DNA of 63,974 nt, filler included, from Octopus bimaculoides (lineage: Eukaryota): assembly GCF_001194135.2 (NCBI RefSeq). It is 5 parts of 5 records of this genome, joined end to end, with 100 filler letters (N's around TTAATTAATTAA, not from the genome) between each part and the next. Parts side by side here need not be neighbours in the genome. Positions count along the whole stretch, not along the records: positions 32,042 to 52,075 come from NC_069000.1; 4 more parts are not named here. The stretch is one strand, 5' to 3'. The notes beneath the pieces are model-generated. The model ran no database searches. It saw only the letters and a list, made by a program, of their open reading frames with translations, and had not been told where the DNA came from. Position 1 is the first letter of the stretch. Each line of letters begins with the position of its first letter. Both the position numbers and the translations under genes were made by a program. Positions 37,065-49,370 of this stretch are shown here, piece by piece.

Positions 37065-38497
37065 GTGCTTTGTAATTGATATTATTTAAATCGTACCACA
37101 TCTATTATTTCAATTGTCTTTGTGTTTGAGATCACTGGTACTCAATGAATGGGATTAGGCTAACCACTGGTCAATATATTTAATTCTACATTAAAGGTTT
37201 ATATGTTTAATTCTGAAATATTTCAGATACCAATAAGTAACAACTGAACTCACTGATAGCAGCACTGTAAAATTTGCTTGCAGTGCTGAGTTTAATTACT
37301 CATGAGCATATAGCTTAGAGAGAGAGAGTGTGTGTATTTTTTTTTTTTACCTGGCCAGTTTGCCCAAGATATCGTACAACTACATTACTACATGAAGATA
37401 GCATTTTGATGGATCCTTACAATCTGCTGGATGAGAGATTTACCATACGCACATTGTATCAACAAGGCAGGTGGAAAGGGTGTATTCAAATCGAATGCGG
37501 CTCTTTAAAAGGGCGAATAAAAGTCACATGTTTTAAACCCTCCAAGGATTCATTCAAAAATTCGATTCGGAAGCAAATACCGTTCAATATTATCCCACAT
37601 AACCAACGAAACATTCATCCAAGATCATTCAACCAGTCGCAGACATCCATTCCACAATCACCTATCCATCCAATTACAACATCTACATCTATCTCTCTTG
37701 TCAGATTCTCACAACCATCGAACTCTCAATAGCTATTCAAATCACTCACACACCGGCTATCATCAATCCAACACCTTCAAAATTCGTAACCTAGAAGGCC
37801 GTAGGCATACAAAAAACTTACCCTCTCTATCTTTCCCGGTCATCAGACTACCCAATGTTTCTCACCATTACTTGTGACAACAACTTGTTTTGTGATCTTC
37901 CCATACCTGTTTTATCTCTGGTTCATCCCCACATGACTATATTCATCCTGACCTGTTACAGGATCAAAGCTCTTCCTTTTCTGCTTTTTGAGAATTTACA
38001 GAAGATTGTCCTACTAACAATTTCTTTCCTAAATCTCCCATTAGTTCCAGGTTCTTCATATGTAATTGGAACAATATTTATAATTTCAGTTCAAAAGCTA
38101 TGATCTTTTTCTCACTTTCAGCATGATTCGTGATTCGTAGCTGAAATTTCATTGAGTTTTAAGAAATGAATTTTATTGTTATTGTAAACTCTTTTTATCT
38201 GTTTTCCAGACATGGTTTAAATCATCTAAATCTACTATAGCTGCTGCAATACAGCATTTTAGTTCTTTCTATGATCCCAAATCTTCCATTATTGTTTTCC
38301 CTAGATATATAAATTCATGAACTTTTCTGCAACTTCGATTGGAATGGTTGCATTAAAACATTTTTTTTACTAGTAACCATCATTTTATCTTCACTCATTT
38401 CTGTTTCATACCTTCTTCAAGTTATGTCAAAACATATTCTAAGAGCTCTAGGTTTTCTTTGTTACTGTTTATTGAGTCAACATTATCGGCAAACCGT

Positions 38498-38874
38498 GGA
38501 GGCGCAATGGCCCAGTGGTTAGGGCAGCGGACTCGCGGTTACAGGAACGCGGTTTCGATTCCCAGACCGGGGCTTGTGAGTGTTTATTGAGCGAAAACAC
38601 CTAAAACTCCACGAGGCTCCGGCAAGGGATGGTGGCGAACCCTGCTGTACTCTTCCACCACAACTTTCTCTCACTCTTACTTCCTGTTTCTGTTGTGCCT
38701 GTATTTCAAAGGGTCAGCCTTGTCACACTGTGTCACGCTGAATATCTCCGAGAACTACGTTAAGGGTACACGTGTCTGTGGAGTGCTCAGCCACTTGCAC
38801 GTTAATTTCACGTGCAGGCTGTTCCGTTGATCGGATCAACTGGAACCCTCGACGTCGTAAGCGACGGAGTGCCA
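38498..38874 (+). mobile_element. tRNA-derived SINE family A, full length with (ACA)n tail
   Basis: A-box-like tggcccagtgg, B-box-like ggtttcgattccc; homologous to 32859-33236. Confidence 0.92.
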
Positions 38875-39152
38875 ACAACAACAATATGTGCCTCTGACCG
38901 TACCAAGCAAACCTTCGTCGTTTTTATCTGCCAAAAGACTGATCCCAGTCTGTCAACATACTTGATAACTTGATGCCTGACATACATATAAATATACATA
39001 TATATATGTGTGTGTGTATGTGTGTATGTATGCACACATACATATTTATATATAATAATCAAGGATAAATTTTTCTTAAATTTTATCAGTTGCCAGCATA
39101 TAAAAATAGACCTATTAAGGTGAAATCATATACAGTATATAGTTACAATTAA

Positions 39153-39403
39153 GGGATATTCAGCGTGACACAGTGTGACAAGGCTGGCCTCTTTGAATTA
39201 CAGGCACAACAGAAACAGGAAGAAAGAGTGAGAGAAAATTGTGGTGGAAGAGTACAGCAGGGTTCGCCACCATCCCCTGCCGGAGCCTCGTGGAGCTTTA
39301 GGTATTTTCGCTCAATAAACACTCACAACGCCCGGTCTGGGAATCGAAACCGCGATCCTATGACCGCAAATCCGCTGCCCTAACCACTGGCCATTGCGCC
39401 TCC
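39153..39403 (-). mobile_element. SINE family A, 5' two-thirds, inverted relative to 38498-38874
   Basis: Reverse-complement match to 38498-38755. Confidence 0.92.
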
Positions 39404-39723
39404 ACAGAGGCACATATATACACATAGAGATAGATACATATGCATACAAAAGTACAGAAGGTTGAATCAAGAATGCAGTATTCTTCGAAATCGACTTGAC
39501 ATTAATGAAAAGAGATGCCAACAATACAATAGAATATGGCCATCTGTCACTTTTCTATTGAAATGCCCCGTCTTTTTTTCCTTGGCTCTGTATTATTTCT
39601 CTGATTGTCCTCCTTTCTTTCTCTGTTTTCCTCGCTCTCTTTGCCGAATCGTCAGCCTGGTCGTTTTCTGCTACTCAGTCTTTATCGTGATTATCTCTGA
39701 ATAGTTTCGCTAGTTTGCCTGAA

Positions 39724-39780
<57 letters not shown>

Positions 39781-40046
39781 GTCAGTCAGTCTGTCTGTGT
39801 CTGTCTATCTGTCTCTGCCTGCTTGCCCGTCTATCTACATATATGTTTCTGTACTGGCCTATCTGCTCCGCTATGAAAATTTAATCTACGATTAATTCAC
39901 AGAACTTTCAAGCTGTGACTTTTCCTGATTTACACTATGCTTCAGTGATCGAAGTTATAAAAAAATATGCATCTTTGAGGAAAAGTACAAAACTATTCCT
40001 AGCAAATTAGTAATTTACAGAGAACAACGATACGAGTTTTGTTGTA

Positions 40047-40077
<31 letters not shown>

Positions 40078-40083
40078 AGACAG

Positions 40084-40165
<82 letters not shown>

Positions 40166-40273
40166 ACACATACATGCACACTTACATGCATATATATGTG
40201 TACGTTCGCGTGTGCTTGTAAGTGTAAAAACTAAAAACGAATAAACCTTTTACCAAATACCAAAGATAAGTTC

Positions 40274-40796
40274 TTGCCTTATCAAAATTATCTTCCCTTC
40301 GAGAGAAGAGTAAGCAAATGTCTTACAACTGTCTCCAAACAAGAAGGGAAGGTTGAATCAAGAATGCAATATTCTTCGAAATCGACTTGCCATTAAGGAA
40401 AAGAGAGTGTAATTGTCTGTTGACGAAGAACATTAGCGGGCACAGGTTTCTGTTGCAGTAGACGTCATTAGCACACCCACTCTACTTGGATTCACGCGGA
40501 CGAAATATTTAGACTAATAGGAAAAGAGCAGAAAACATTTCTGGCTTAGTGTAACTAGTATATGTTAAACGATAATGGTGTTTGAAAAATAGCTGAGAGA
40601 GGCTAGTATCGTGAATATACACAATACAGATGAATAACGATAAATCAAATACTGTACAATTCAAATTCTTAATGGCATGTCAAATTCCGAGAATTCTTCA
40701 AATTTTCTTCCTTTTTCCATTTGGAGGTGTTCAGATGACCACCAGACATGGGTTAACTCTTCTCTCGAAGAGGAGATAATTTCGATGAATCAAGAA
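40274..40796. repeat. Possible MITE with ~50-bp imperfect terminal inverted repeats
   Basis: aaattatcttcccttcgagagaagagtaagcaaatgtct (ending 40323) vs reverse complement of 40744-40783, aaattatctcctcttcgagagaagagttaacccatgtct. No TSD seen. Confidence 0.45.
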
Positions 40797-40920
40797 TTTA
40801 TCTTGTATAATATTTGGTATATTTATATTCGTATTTATTGTCTACATTGATGCAACTGTCTTTGTGCCAAAGAACCGCATAGTGAAGGCTTACTCGAAAC
40901 CCTATGGTTGCAAAGTGAAC

Positions 40921-41128
40921 TTAACTTTAGCATTTTAACTGGCTCAAATAGTCTACCTGCTTTATGTTCAAACTGACCAGATCTGGCCTCTTAACACCTA
41001 CCGTAAAATGTAATTTTAAAAAACAATTACAATATCACTATTTTGAAGCTACAAGCTAATGCATAATTATTTCAAAACAATGTGAATGAATAAGCATTAC
41101 ATATGACAGGGTAATTTGAATACTGAAG

Positions 41129-41132
<4 letters not shown>
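40921..41132. mobile_element. Possible decayed piggyBac-like MITE
   Basis: Starts TTAACTTTAGCATT and ends AATACTGAAGTTAT (11/13 inverted match); TTAA at the left, TTAT at the right. Confidence 0.4.
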
Positions 41133-41172
<40 letters not shown>

Positions 41173-41182
41173 ATATACATAC

Positions 41183-41216
<34 letters not shown>

Positions 41217-42185
41217 ATATNNNNNNNNNNNNNNNNNNNNNNNNNNNNNNNNNNNNNNNNNNNNNNNNNNNNNNNNNNNNNNNNNNNNNNNNNNNNNNNN
41301 NNNNNNNNNNNNNNNNNNNNNNNNNNNNNNNNNNNNNNNNNNNNNNNNNNNNNNNNNNNNNNNNNNNNNNNNNNNNNNNNNNNNNNNNNNNNNNNNNNNN
41401 NNNNNNNNNNNNNNNNNNNNNNNNNNNNNNNNNNNNNNNNNNNNNNNNNNNNNNNNNNNNNNNNNNNNNNNNNNNNNNNNNNNNNNNNNNNNNNNNNNNN
41501 NNNNNNNNNNNNNNNNAGTAAATTCCTAAGTAATAGCTGACAACCTATGTTCAAGTGTCACTAAAAGTACATCAGTACCAAATTTCAATAGTGACAAAAA
41601 ATTGGTACTAGTTTGCAACGTAATAAGTCTGGAGACGCCAGGGTTTGACCTAGTTTCTTCCCTGTCACTTACATGCCGAACATCTTGTCAAATTGTGGTT
41701 ACCACTCTTTCTTCTCTTCTTCTCTTCTTCTCCTTTTCTTTCTTTCTTTCTTTCTGTCTTTCTTTCTTTCTTCCTTCCTTCCTTTCTTCCTTCCTTCCTT
41801 TCTTCCTTTCTTTCTTTTCAGTTTTTGTTTGTAATATTCCCGCTTCAAGTCGTATAATTGTTATTTTCCTATTTTCATTCTTGCTCTTCTGTTTACTTTC
41901 AATCTTCTCCATCATAATTCGTATTCTGTTAGTTGTCATTGCGTCGATATTATCAAGTAAACCCTTCTCCTCAAAAGTGCTGGCCTTATGTCCTAATCAG
42001 ATGCAATTATTGTTGCTGCTGCTGTTGATGTTGTTATTATTGTTGTCCACCCGCTTTTCATTCCTCAACATCCTTTTAACATCACCCATCTCCACCACAA
42101 CTCTTTCTTTTTCCTTCTCTTCCTTTCTATAAACCCTCACTTTCCCCATTTCCTCGCTACAGGATTTTCCTTCATATCTTTTCTA

Positions 42186-42530
42186 CTTTTCTACTTGTTT
42201 CAGTCATCTGACTGCGGCCATGCTGGAGCACCACCTTTTTGCCGAGTCGCTACGTTACGGGGACGTAAACACACCAGCATCGGTTGTCAAGCGATGTTGG
42301 GGGGACAAACACAGACACACAAACACACACATATATATATATACATATACATATATATATATACATATACATATATATACGACGGTCTACTTTCAGTTTC
42401 CGTCTACCAAATCCACTCACAAGGCTTTGGTCGGCCCGAGGCTATAGTAGAAGACACTTGCCCAAAATTCCACGCAGTGGGACTGAACCCGGAACCATGT
42501 GGTTGGTAAGCAAGCTACTTACCACACAGC
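42186..42530 (-). mobile_element. SINE family B (internal deletion; head truncated by a gap)
   Basis: Homologous to 13348-13756. Confidence 0.9.
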
Positions 42531-43162
42531 NNNNNNNNNNNNNNNNNNNNNNNNNNNNNNNNNNNNNNNNNNNNNNNNNNNNNNNNNNNNNNNNNNNNNN
42601 NNNNNNNNNNNNNNNNNNNNNNNNNNNNNNNNNNNNNNNNNNNNNNNNNNNNNNNNNNNNNNNNNNNNNNNNNNNNNNNNNNNNNNNNNNNNNNNNNNNN
42701 NNNNNNNNNNNNNNNNNNNNNNNNNNNNNNNNNNNNNNNNNNNNNNNNNNNNNNNNNNNNNNNNNNNNNNNNNNNNNNNNNNNNNNNNNNNNNNNNNNNN
42801 NNNNNNNNNNNNNNNNNNNNNNNNNNNNNNNNNNNNNNNNNNNNNNNNNNNNNNNNNNNNNNNNNNNNNNNNNNNNNNNNNNNNNNNNNNNNNNNNNNNN
42901 NNNNNNNNNNNNNNNNNNNNNNNNNNNNNNNNNNNNNNNNNNNNNNNNNNNNNNNNNNNNNNNNNNNNNNNNNNNNNNNNNNNNNNNNNNNNNNNNNNNN
43001 NNNNNNNNNNNNNNNNNNNNNNNNNNNNNNNNNNNNNNNNNNNNNNNNNNNNNNNTATATATATATATATATGGGAGAATATACAAATAATAACAACAGA
43101 CGAGGACAGGTGGTGTAAATAACAAAAGTATATATTAGTATGACGCTCGGGAATACGGAAAG

Positions 43163-43199
43163 TCTTTGACGTTTCGAGCTACGCTCTTCAACAGAAAGA
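43163..43199 (-). ncRNA. Putative minimal hammerhead with variant core CUGUUGA
   Basis: Minus strand TCTTT-CTGTTGA-A-GAGC gta GCTC-GAA-ACGT-C-AAAGA: 5-bp stem I, 4-bp stem II, palindromic ACGT, GUC triplet. Confidence 0.55.
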
Positions 43200-43519
43200 A
43201 TACGGAGACAAGGAGAAAAACACGGAGAAAAAAAATTGAATAGTGTTCAGATATATGTACGTGTGTGTTTATGCGTGTGTATATAATTATATGCTTGTGC
43301 GTTAAAAAACTATATATTAAAATATCAATAAGCTTGGATCTTAATGATCATGGTTCTGCAGCTTCCAGTGTGTCTATGGTGAGCAGTATACTATGTCGTA
43401 ATACTGATGAATATTCCAGAGCTTTGTCTTCTGATAGCTCAAACATGCTTGATGAAAAGGTAGGCAATTTAGCTTGTAAAATAATAATGCAATACCTTGT
43501 GTGCAAATAAACTGCCACA

Positions 43520-44540
43520 ATAGCGGTGGCCCGACTGAACTAGGGTGTATAATCGCGTGTGTGTATGTAAGAATGGTGTGTGTGTGTGAACGGAGGCGAG
43601 CGCGTGTGAATGTATGTGGGCTAACTTAAAATTATGTGGGCCTGTGTGCGCGTATAGGAGCTTGTGTGTGTATGTGTATAAGTAACTTAGTACGTACATT
43701 GTGTAATGTGATGTGTTCCGTGTATTTATGTGTGTCAAGTTGTGTATAGTAGGTGTGTATGTGTATGCGCGTGTTCAGATGTTTGTGTGTAGCAGTCAAT
43801 GTGTGCTTGTTCGAGTGATGTGTGCACATGTGTGTGCGTGTTAGTGTATATGTATGTGTGACCCTATAGCGTGCATATGTATAGTGTAATGTTTATGTGC
43901 GAAAGATGTATGTGGTTATGCGTGTTGTGTGCGTGTTTCTACATGTGTGCATCTGCGTGTTTCTACATGTGTGCATCTGCGTGTTTCTACATGTGTGCAT
44001 CTGCGTGTTTCTACATGTGTGCATCTGCATCGTGTGTGTTTTTAGGAGTGAATACTGCGTTGTGGGGGAATGCATGGAGGTGCGAGGTTGGATAGGGGTA
44101 ATAAGTGATAGGGGTTGGGGGTTTGGAGGGCTAGTGTGTGTGGAGTTGGAAGGTGTGTGTGAGTGCATATGCATGTGAGTGTGTGTGGGAGAGTGCATAA
44201 TGGTGTACGGTGTGGGTACTAAGTTGAATAGTATGTGGGGGTGTACCTATAGCAGAGTGTGTGATGAGGGTACTGGTAAGTTCGTGTGAGTGTGTGTGCA
44301 TAATGGTTTTTGCTGTGGGTACCGGAAAGTGTTGGATACTAGTGTAAATGGAATGGGAAGATGTGTGTGAGTGCATGTTCATGCGAGTGTGTGTGATGTG
44401 TGCGAAATGGTGTGGTGTGAGTACTGAGTTGAATAGTGTGTATGGGTATTTTTATAACGGTGTGTGTGGTGAGGTTACTGAGGTAGGCGGTGTACAGGCG
44501 TGGGATGCAGGGGAGGTGCATTAAATGTGGGCGTGTGGGA
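43520..44540. repeat. ~1-kb GT-rich degenerate repeat tract, including a 24-bp x4 array (43930-44025) and a diverged ~120-bp duplication (44161-44280 vs ~44368-44490)
   Basis: Unit tgcgtgtttctacatgtgtgcatc; shared gagtgcat..gtact.agttgaatagt.tgt blocks. Confidence 0.85.
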
Positions 44541-44559
44541 ATATGTGTGGGTTCGTTTT

Positions 44560-44975
44560 AGATGAAGAGAGATGGCGAATTAAGGCCATAAGGAGCAAAG
44601 AAATGAAGAGAGATCAATTTCTGTTTACAGCAGAGGCAGGAGTTCGGGTGACTACTGTGCAAAGACAGTCCGAACACAGACAAATGTTGTAGCGAATGAC
44701 TAGTTGAACAGAAGTGGCGTGTGACCGGGGTGTCATTGTCGAGTCTGATGTGTTGGAGGTGCTTAGTGAACAGGTTGGTGAAGCAGTGTCCCTTTTGATC
44801 AATGTACAGGGATGAACAGAGAGAGCAGGAGATGCAGTAGTTGACATTGCCGAAGGTGCATGTAAAAGAGTCGATGATGTGATAGGGATGGTGATGGGTG
44901 CCGGTGAGGATTGTAGTGTTGGAGAGAGAGGGGAAGGTGCGACAGCGTGGGCGCAAGCAAGGGAAGAATACAGGT
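44560..44975 (-). mobile_element. Penelope-like (Neptune-like) GIY-YIG endonuclease remnant
   Basis: ORF 44558-45067: FPCLRPRCRT..SFTCTFGNVNYCISCSLCSSLYI..HLQHIRLDNDTPVTRHF..HSLQHLSVFGL..PYGLN. Confidence 0.85.
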
Positions 44976-45134
44976 ATGTATGTATGTAAATATATATATA
45001 TATATAAATATAAAGTAAAGTCTATTTGCGGTGCATTCAAATACCACATGCTAGTAGAATATCTCACATACTTTGTAGTATTCCTTCTTGTTCTTCATTA
45101 TAAGCAGTTAATAAGTAGCAAGCAGAAATAACTG

Positions 45135-45480
45135 ATTGTTATGGACTTCTTGACGGAGAGATACTAGATATCCAACATCCTCAGAAGGCTACTGGTTGTT
45201 TATGGTGAATCCGCCTTTGAAAACGGCAATGTCCACTGATAGAGGAAGAAATTTACAGAAAGTGAAACAATTATAGGAGACAGACCGTGCAGTGCATGAC
45301 CATCAACTGTAACTACGAGCATTGATCGCCAGCAAGTGAACGAATTTATTCGCACGGCTAGACAAGTTACAGTCAATCAGATTGCTGTAAAACTGGACCA
45401 TAGTAACAATGTATTGCAGAAAGTGACGGAACATTTTTGGGCATAAGAAAGTCCGTGCGTACGTGCAAAGTATGGGCAAA
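45135..45480 (+). mobile_element. Old mariner transposase N-terminal (HTH) fragment
   Basis: MDFLT..ISNILRRLLVVYGESA..KKFTESET..PSTVT..QVTVNQIAVKL..HKKVRA(Y/W)V, with stops. Confidence 0.7.
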
Positions 45481-46094
45481 GGGGTGATATGTAGGTCTGT
45501 TTTTACGATCCGGAAATGAAGGTTCAGTTCATTGAGTGTCATCACACCTCTTCTTTAAGACCGAAACTTCAGAACCTAGTGACTGTGTTTTTAGGATGAC
45601 AAAGGCGACATCTCGATTTTCTGGTAACTGACTAATTAGTCAAAAATGCATGACGAATACTTATATTTATTGAAATGTATTAAAATATGGTGTCTGCACA
45701 TATGAGTAACGTATATGAATAAATGGGATACTCTGAAGATATGTGCATAGGTTAAATTGATTTACACCGGAAAGTTCATTCTTCTCTGATCTACACTCTA
45801 CGCTCACAGGAGAATTTCGGTTACACTGAGCAGAAATTCGTTTTCAACAGTATCTAATTATAATTAGGCGTACCTCATTTAAGTTTCCATTCGGCTATCT
45901 ACGTTCAATCATTGTAACAAAGAACTCTGAGAAATATCATTGTCTCTACCTCTTTGAACGAAGTCTCATGGGATACTAATATCACCGTTATTAATGATAT
46001 TTTGTTATAACTGGGAAGAGAACGATATATATATATAACTCAGATGGTCAGATCATCTTTCACGTATGAGTGATATCAGAATGAGTGATATCAA

Positions 46095-46512
46095 ATTCTC
46101 ATTGGCCAATTCCCAACAGGAAGGTCAGTTGGAAGGCCACTATTGCAGTTTGAAGACAAACTAAAAAACAATGTGAAGCGATGCAACATTCCTTTTTCTT
46201 CCTGGGAAAACAAAGCATCAGAACGCAGGACCTGGCGCCAGTCCTGCTTCTCTTCAGTTCAAAGATTTGAGCAAAGTCGACTCCAACATTGGGACCAACT
46301 TCGTGCAAATTTTTGTTCCTCTAAATGGAAACCTTACCTGTCATTGTGGTTTTGTGGAACGAAGCAAAGCAGGCCTTGCCGTCCACTCAAGAAAACGCAT
46401 AGTAAATGGTCCACAAGAACTAGAGCAAACAGTCCTCAACTTGTTACATTTGCCAGAAAGTTTGCAAGGCACCAGCAAGCCTCAAGAGACATATTCAGGT
46501 CCATAGAACATG
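46095..46512 (+). mobile_element. RTE-clade LINE 3' end with two C-terminal zinc fingers
   Basis: GRSVGRPLLQFEDKLKNNVKRCNI..WENKASERRTWRQ; then LTCHCGFVERSKAGLAVHSRK and, in another frame, CYICQKVCKAPASLKRHIQVH (C-x2-C-x12-H-x3-H) followed by a stop. Confidence 0.85.
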
Positions 46513-47627
46513 ATTACCNNNNNNNNNNNNNNNNNNNNNNNNNNNNNNNNNNNNNNNNNNNNNNNNNNNNNNNNNNNNNNNNNNNNNNNNNNNNNNNNNN
46601 NNNNNNNNNNNNNNNNNNNNNNNNNNNNNNNNNNNNNNNNNNNNNNNNNNNNNNNNNNNNNNNNNNNNNNNNNNNNNNNNNNNNNNNNNNNNNNNNNNNN
46701 NNNNNNNNNNNNNNNNNNNNNNNNNNNNNNNNNNNNNNNNNNNNNNNNNNNNNNNNNNNNNNNNNNNNNNNNNNNNNNNNNNNNNNNNNNNNNNNNNNNN
46801 NNNNNNNNNNNNNNNNNNNNNNNNNNNNNNNNNNNNNNNNNAAAAACTTTTTTACCAGTCTATACTCTGTACCATGGTTTCAAGCTATTTACCTATTTTG
46901 CTGCTCTTTCTAGCGGGTTAGATGTCCTATTATAGGCATCTCTATATTTCAAATGAATAATATATATGTAGTCTATTGACTAATTTTTTATTCTCGCTGG
47001 ACCACTGGTGGTAAATTAAATTTCTAAAATTTCTTTTGCTGCCCTATGATTAATAATGATATATATATATATATATATATATAGGGTTTGCCTGGAAGAT
47101 TAGTAACCCTGCCTGGCTCACTCAAAGCGGCAAGTTCAAAGAAAGGTCCCTGACTGAACACAACTGACTCCACAGCAAGTCACCAACGGTGGGGCAAGAG
47201 GATGTAGATAAAAAGAACGGTCTATTTCAATGACGCTTAAATTGGAAGAGAAGGCCTATGCCAGATGAACATTCTAAGAAGGCACCACAGTTTGCAGCAG
47301 TCTATTGCATTTTCGTCACCTAATACTGCCTCTCCTTTCCTGCATATCCCACAAAGGATGGTATTGAACGTCAAGAATACGAATGGTTCTCTGGTAAGTC
47401 TAGAGTCGCCGTAAACAAATCCATGCCATTACTAATTCTTCATACAACAATCTCCTTCAACAGAGATAAACTGAAAACGTACTATATGTACGCGCGAGCG
47501 GTGTGAGTATGTGTGAGCGCGTGCGTCATTATATGCTCAGAAACATGAGTAAATTTCACATACGTGCATATTTACATATCTATATATGTATATAGGTACA
47601 TATATAATAACCATATAAATGACATCA

Positions 47628-47676
<49 letters not shown>

Positions 47677-48155
47677 GTCTGTCTGTCTGTCTGTCTGTCT
47701 GACTGTCTGTCTGTCTGTCTGTCTGTCTGTATAGATATATAGATATATAGATAGTCAGACAGACAATCTGTAAGAAAAAAAAAAGTGATAGCAATATGCT
47801 AAATGGATACACTACCTATAATACCGTCTCGAGTATGAGGAATGATGGGAAATTAAATCGTTGGAATGCTAGAAGCTGAACATCTGTTGGTTATATAATG
47901 TGATGATAACGTTCACAGTGGAACGGTAAACAGATGTGAAAAGTGGCGCGGGTATATCGGGGAAACCGGATGGCGAGGAATTTGGCTGTTGTTTACATCT
48001 GGTCAGTTGGCATAACAGATGTGCTCTGCTGAAAAATATTGTAATATGTCTATTTATAAGACACAGGGAGCTATGTTATTGTGGCAGCATACTGATCTCG
48101 TAGCTGCTAGGGTAACAACAGCAATAACAATATTCTTCTTCTTCTTCTTCTTCTT

Positions 48156-48186
<31 letters not shown>

Positions 48187-48299
48187 TTATTATTATTATT
48201 ATTATCATTATGATTATTATTATTATTATTGTATCGATCCTATTTGTTTCATGTTTGACCCTTGTGACCAATAAAGAAATGATTATTATTATTTGTTTT

Positions 48300-49195
48300 T
48301 TCTCATTCTCACATATTTTGTTGGAGCTCCTGGAGTCTTGCGTGCGTAGCAGGTTTGCTACCTGCAGCCTACTGTACCATGCTATTCGTTCTTTTCAGCT
48401 ATCTAATACTTTCCTGATTATTCTGGCCGTGCCAAAGAGGCAAGCTTTTTGTAACAGTTCTACTGGGCACTCTATTCCAATTGCCCTTACATTCCTCTTG
48501 ATGCCTTCTGATGCTGTTCCCAAGGACCAAACAATAATTGGCACTGTCTTCACCTTCATTTTCCATAGTCGGGCTATTTCGTACTTAAGAGGGTCGTATC
48601 TATCTTTTCGCCTTATTTCTTGACTATTCGTGGGTCAAAGGGGCATGCAACATCAACTGTATAGCATATATGATGCACCTTGTCCATCATCACTAAGCCC
48701 AGTCTGTTATACTCTAGCACCTGGTTTGTTTGGATTGGGAAATCCTAAAGGGATTTGCTAGTCTCCGACTCTGCCACATTCTGCGGTTTGTGCTCATACC
48801 ATGTCTTGCCTCTCTCTCTGGCCCCCACTTTTCGCACAGTTTCTAACGTAGCACTTTTCTTATCCGGTCATCTCGCCACAACTATTTGTGGTTTGGGCAG
48901 GTCTAGAGCATTCGTTCGTGATATGGGAAATGGCTTCAACCATTCTATTGCAGATGTGGCACAGCGGAGACACTTGCTCATTTCTCAGGTTGACCCTCCA
49001 ACTCGTGTCCAAAGCTTGTTCTTGCGCTGCCAGTATACGGGACATGCTCAACTGGTTATGGTCAAACAACTGTCAAGCAAATCTGTGGAGAGAATATTTG
49101 CTGTAGTCCATCTTTTATACCAAGGTAATGTACATAAAAACACTTCTAATCAGTTAAGATCAGAAGCCATGAAAGCAACTGCCTAGTACTGCATC
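48300..49195 (-). mobile_element. 5'-truncated R4/Dong-type RLE LINE between (TAA)n arrays
   Basis: Minus strand ILAAQEQAL..CHICNRMVEAISHITNEC (CCHC); WYEHKP..DFPIQTN..VDVACPFD..KYEIARLWKMKVKTVPII..LLQKACLFGTARIIRKVLDS*. Confidence 0.92.
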
Positions 49196-49200
49196 AGGGC

Positions 49201-49202
<2 letters not shown>

Positions 49203-49270
<68 letters not shown>

Positions 49271-49370
49271 GTTATTGTTATTATTATTATTATTATTATT
49301 TTTGTTGTTGTTGTTATAATTATAATTATTATTGTTGTTGTTGTTATTATTATTATTATTATTATTATTG
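49203..49370. repeat. (ATT)n/(GTT)n microsatellite
   Basis: Visible array at the 5' junction of the RLE LINE. Confidence 0.95.

Noticed and set aside
37328-37732. 134-aa ORF with a Ser/Pro/Ile-rich end
   Set aside because: Starts in (GA)/(GT) repeats, has no recognisable motif, and its length is plausible by chance.
38498-38575. tRNA-like sequences at SINE heads (also 33160-33236, 60850-60910, 13690-13756, 2585-2655)
   Set aside because: No complete cloverleaf and each continues into a repeated SINE body, so these are not tRNA genes.
46267-46512. C2H2 zinc-finger gene fragment
   Set aside because: The fingers directly follow RTE RT C-terminal sequence and are best explained as the LINE's own C-terminus.
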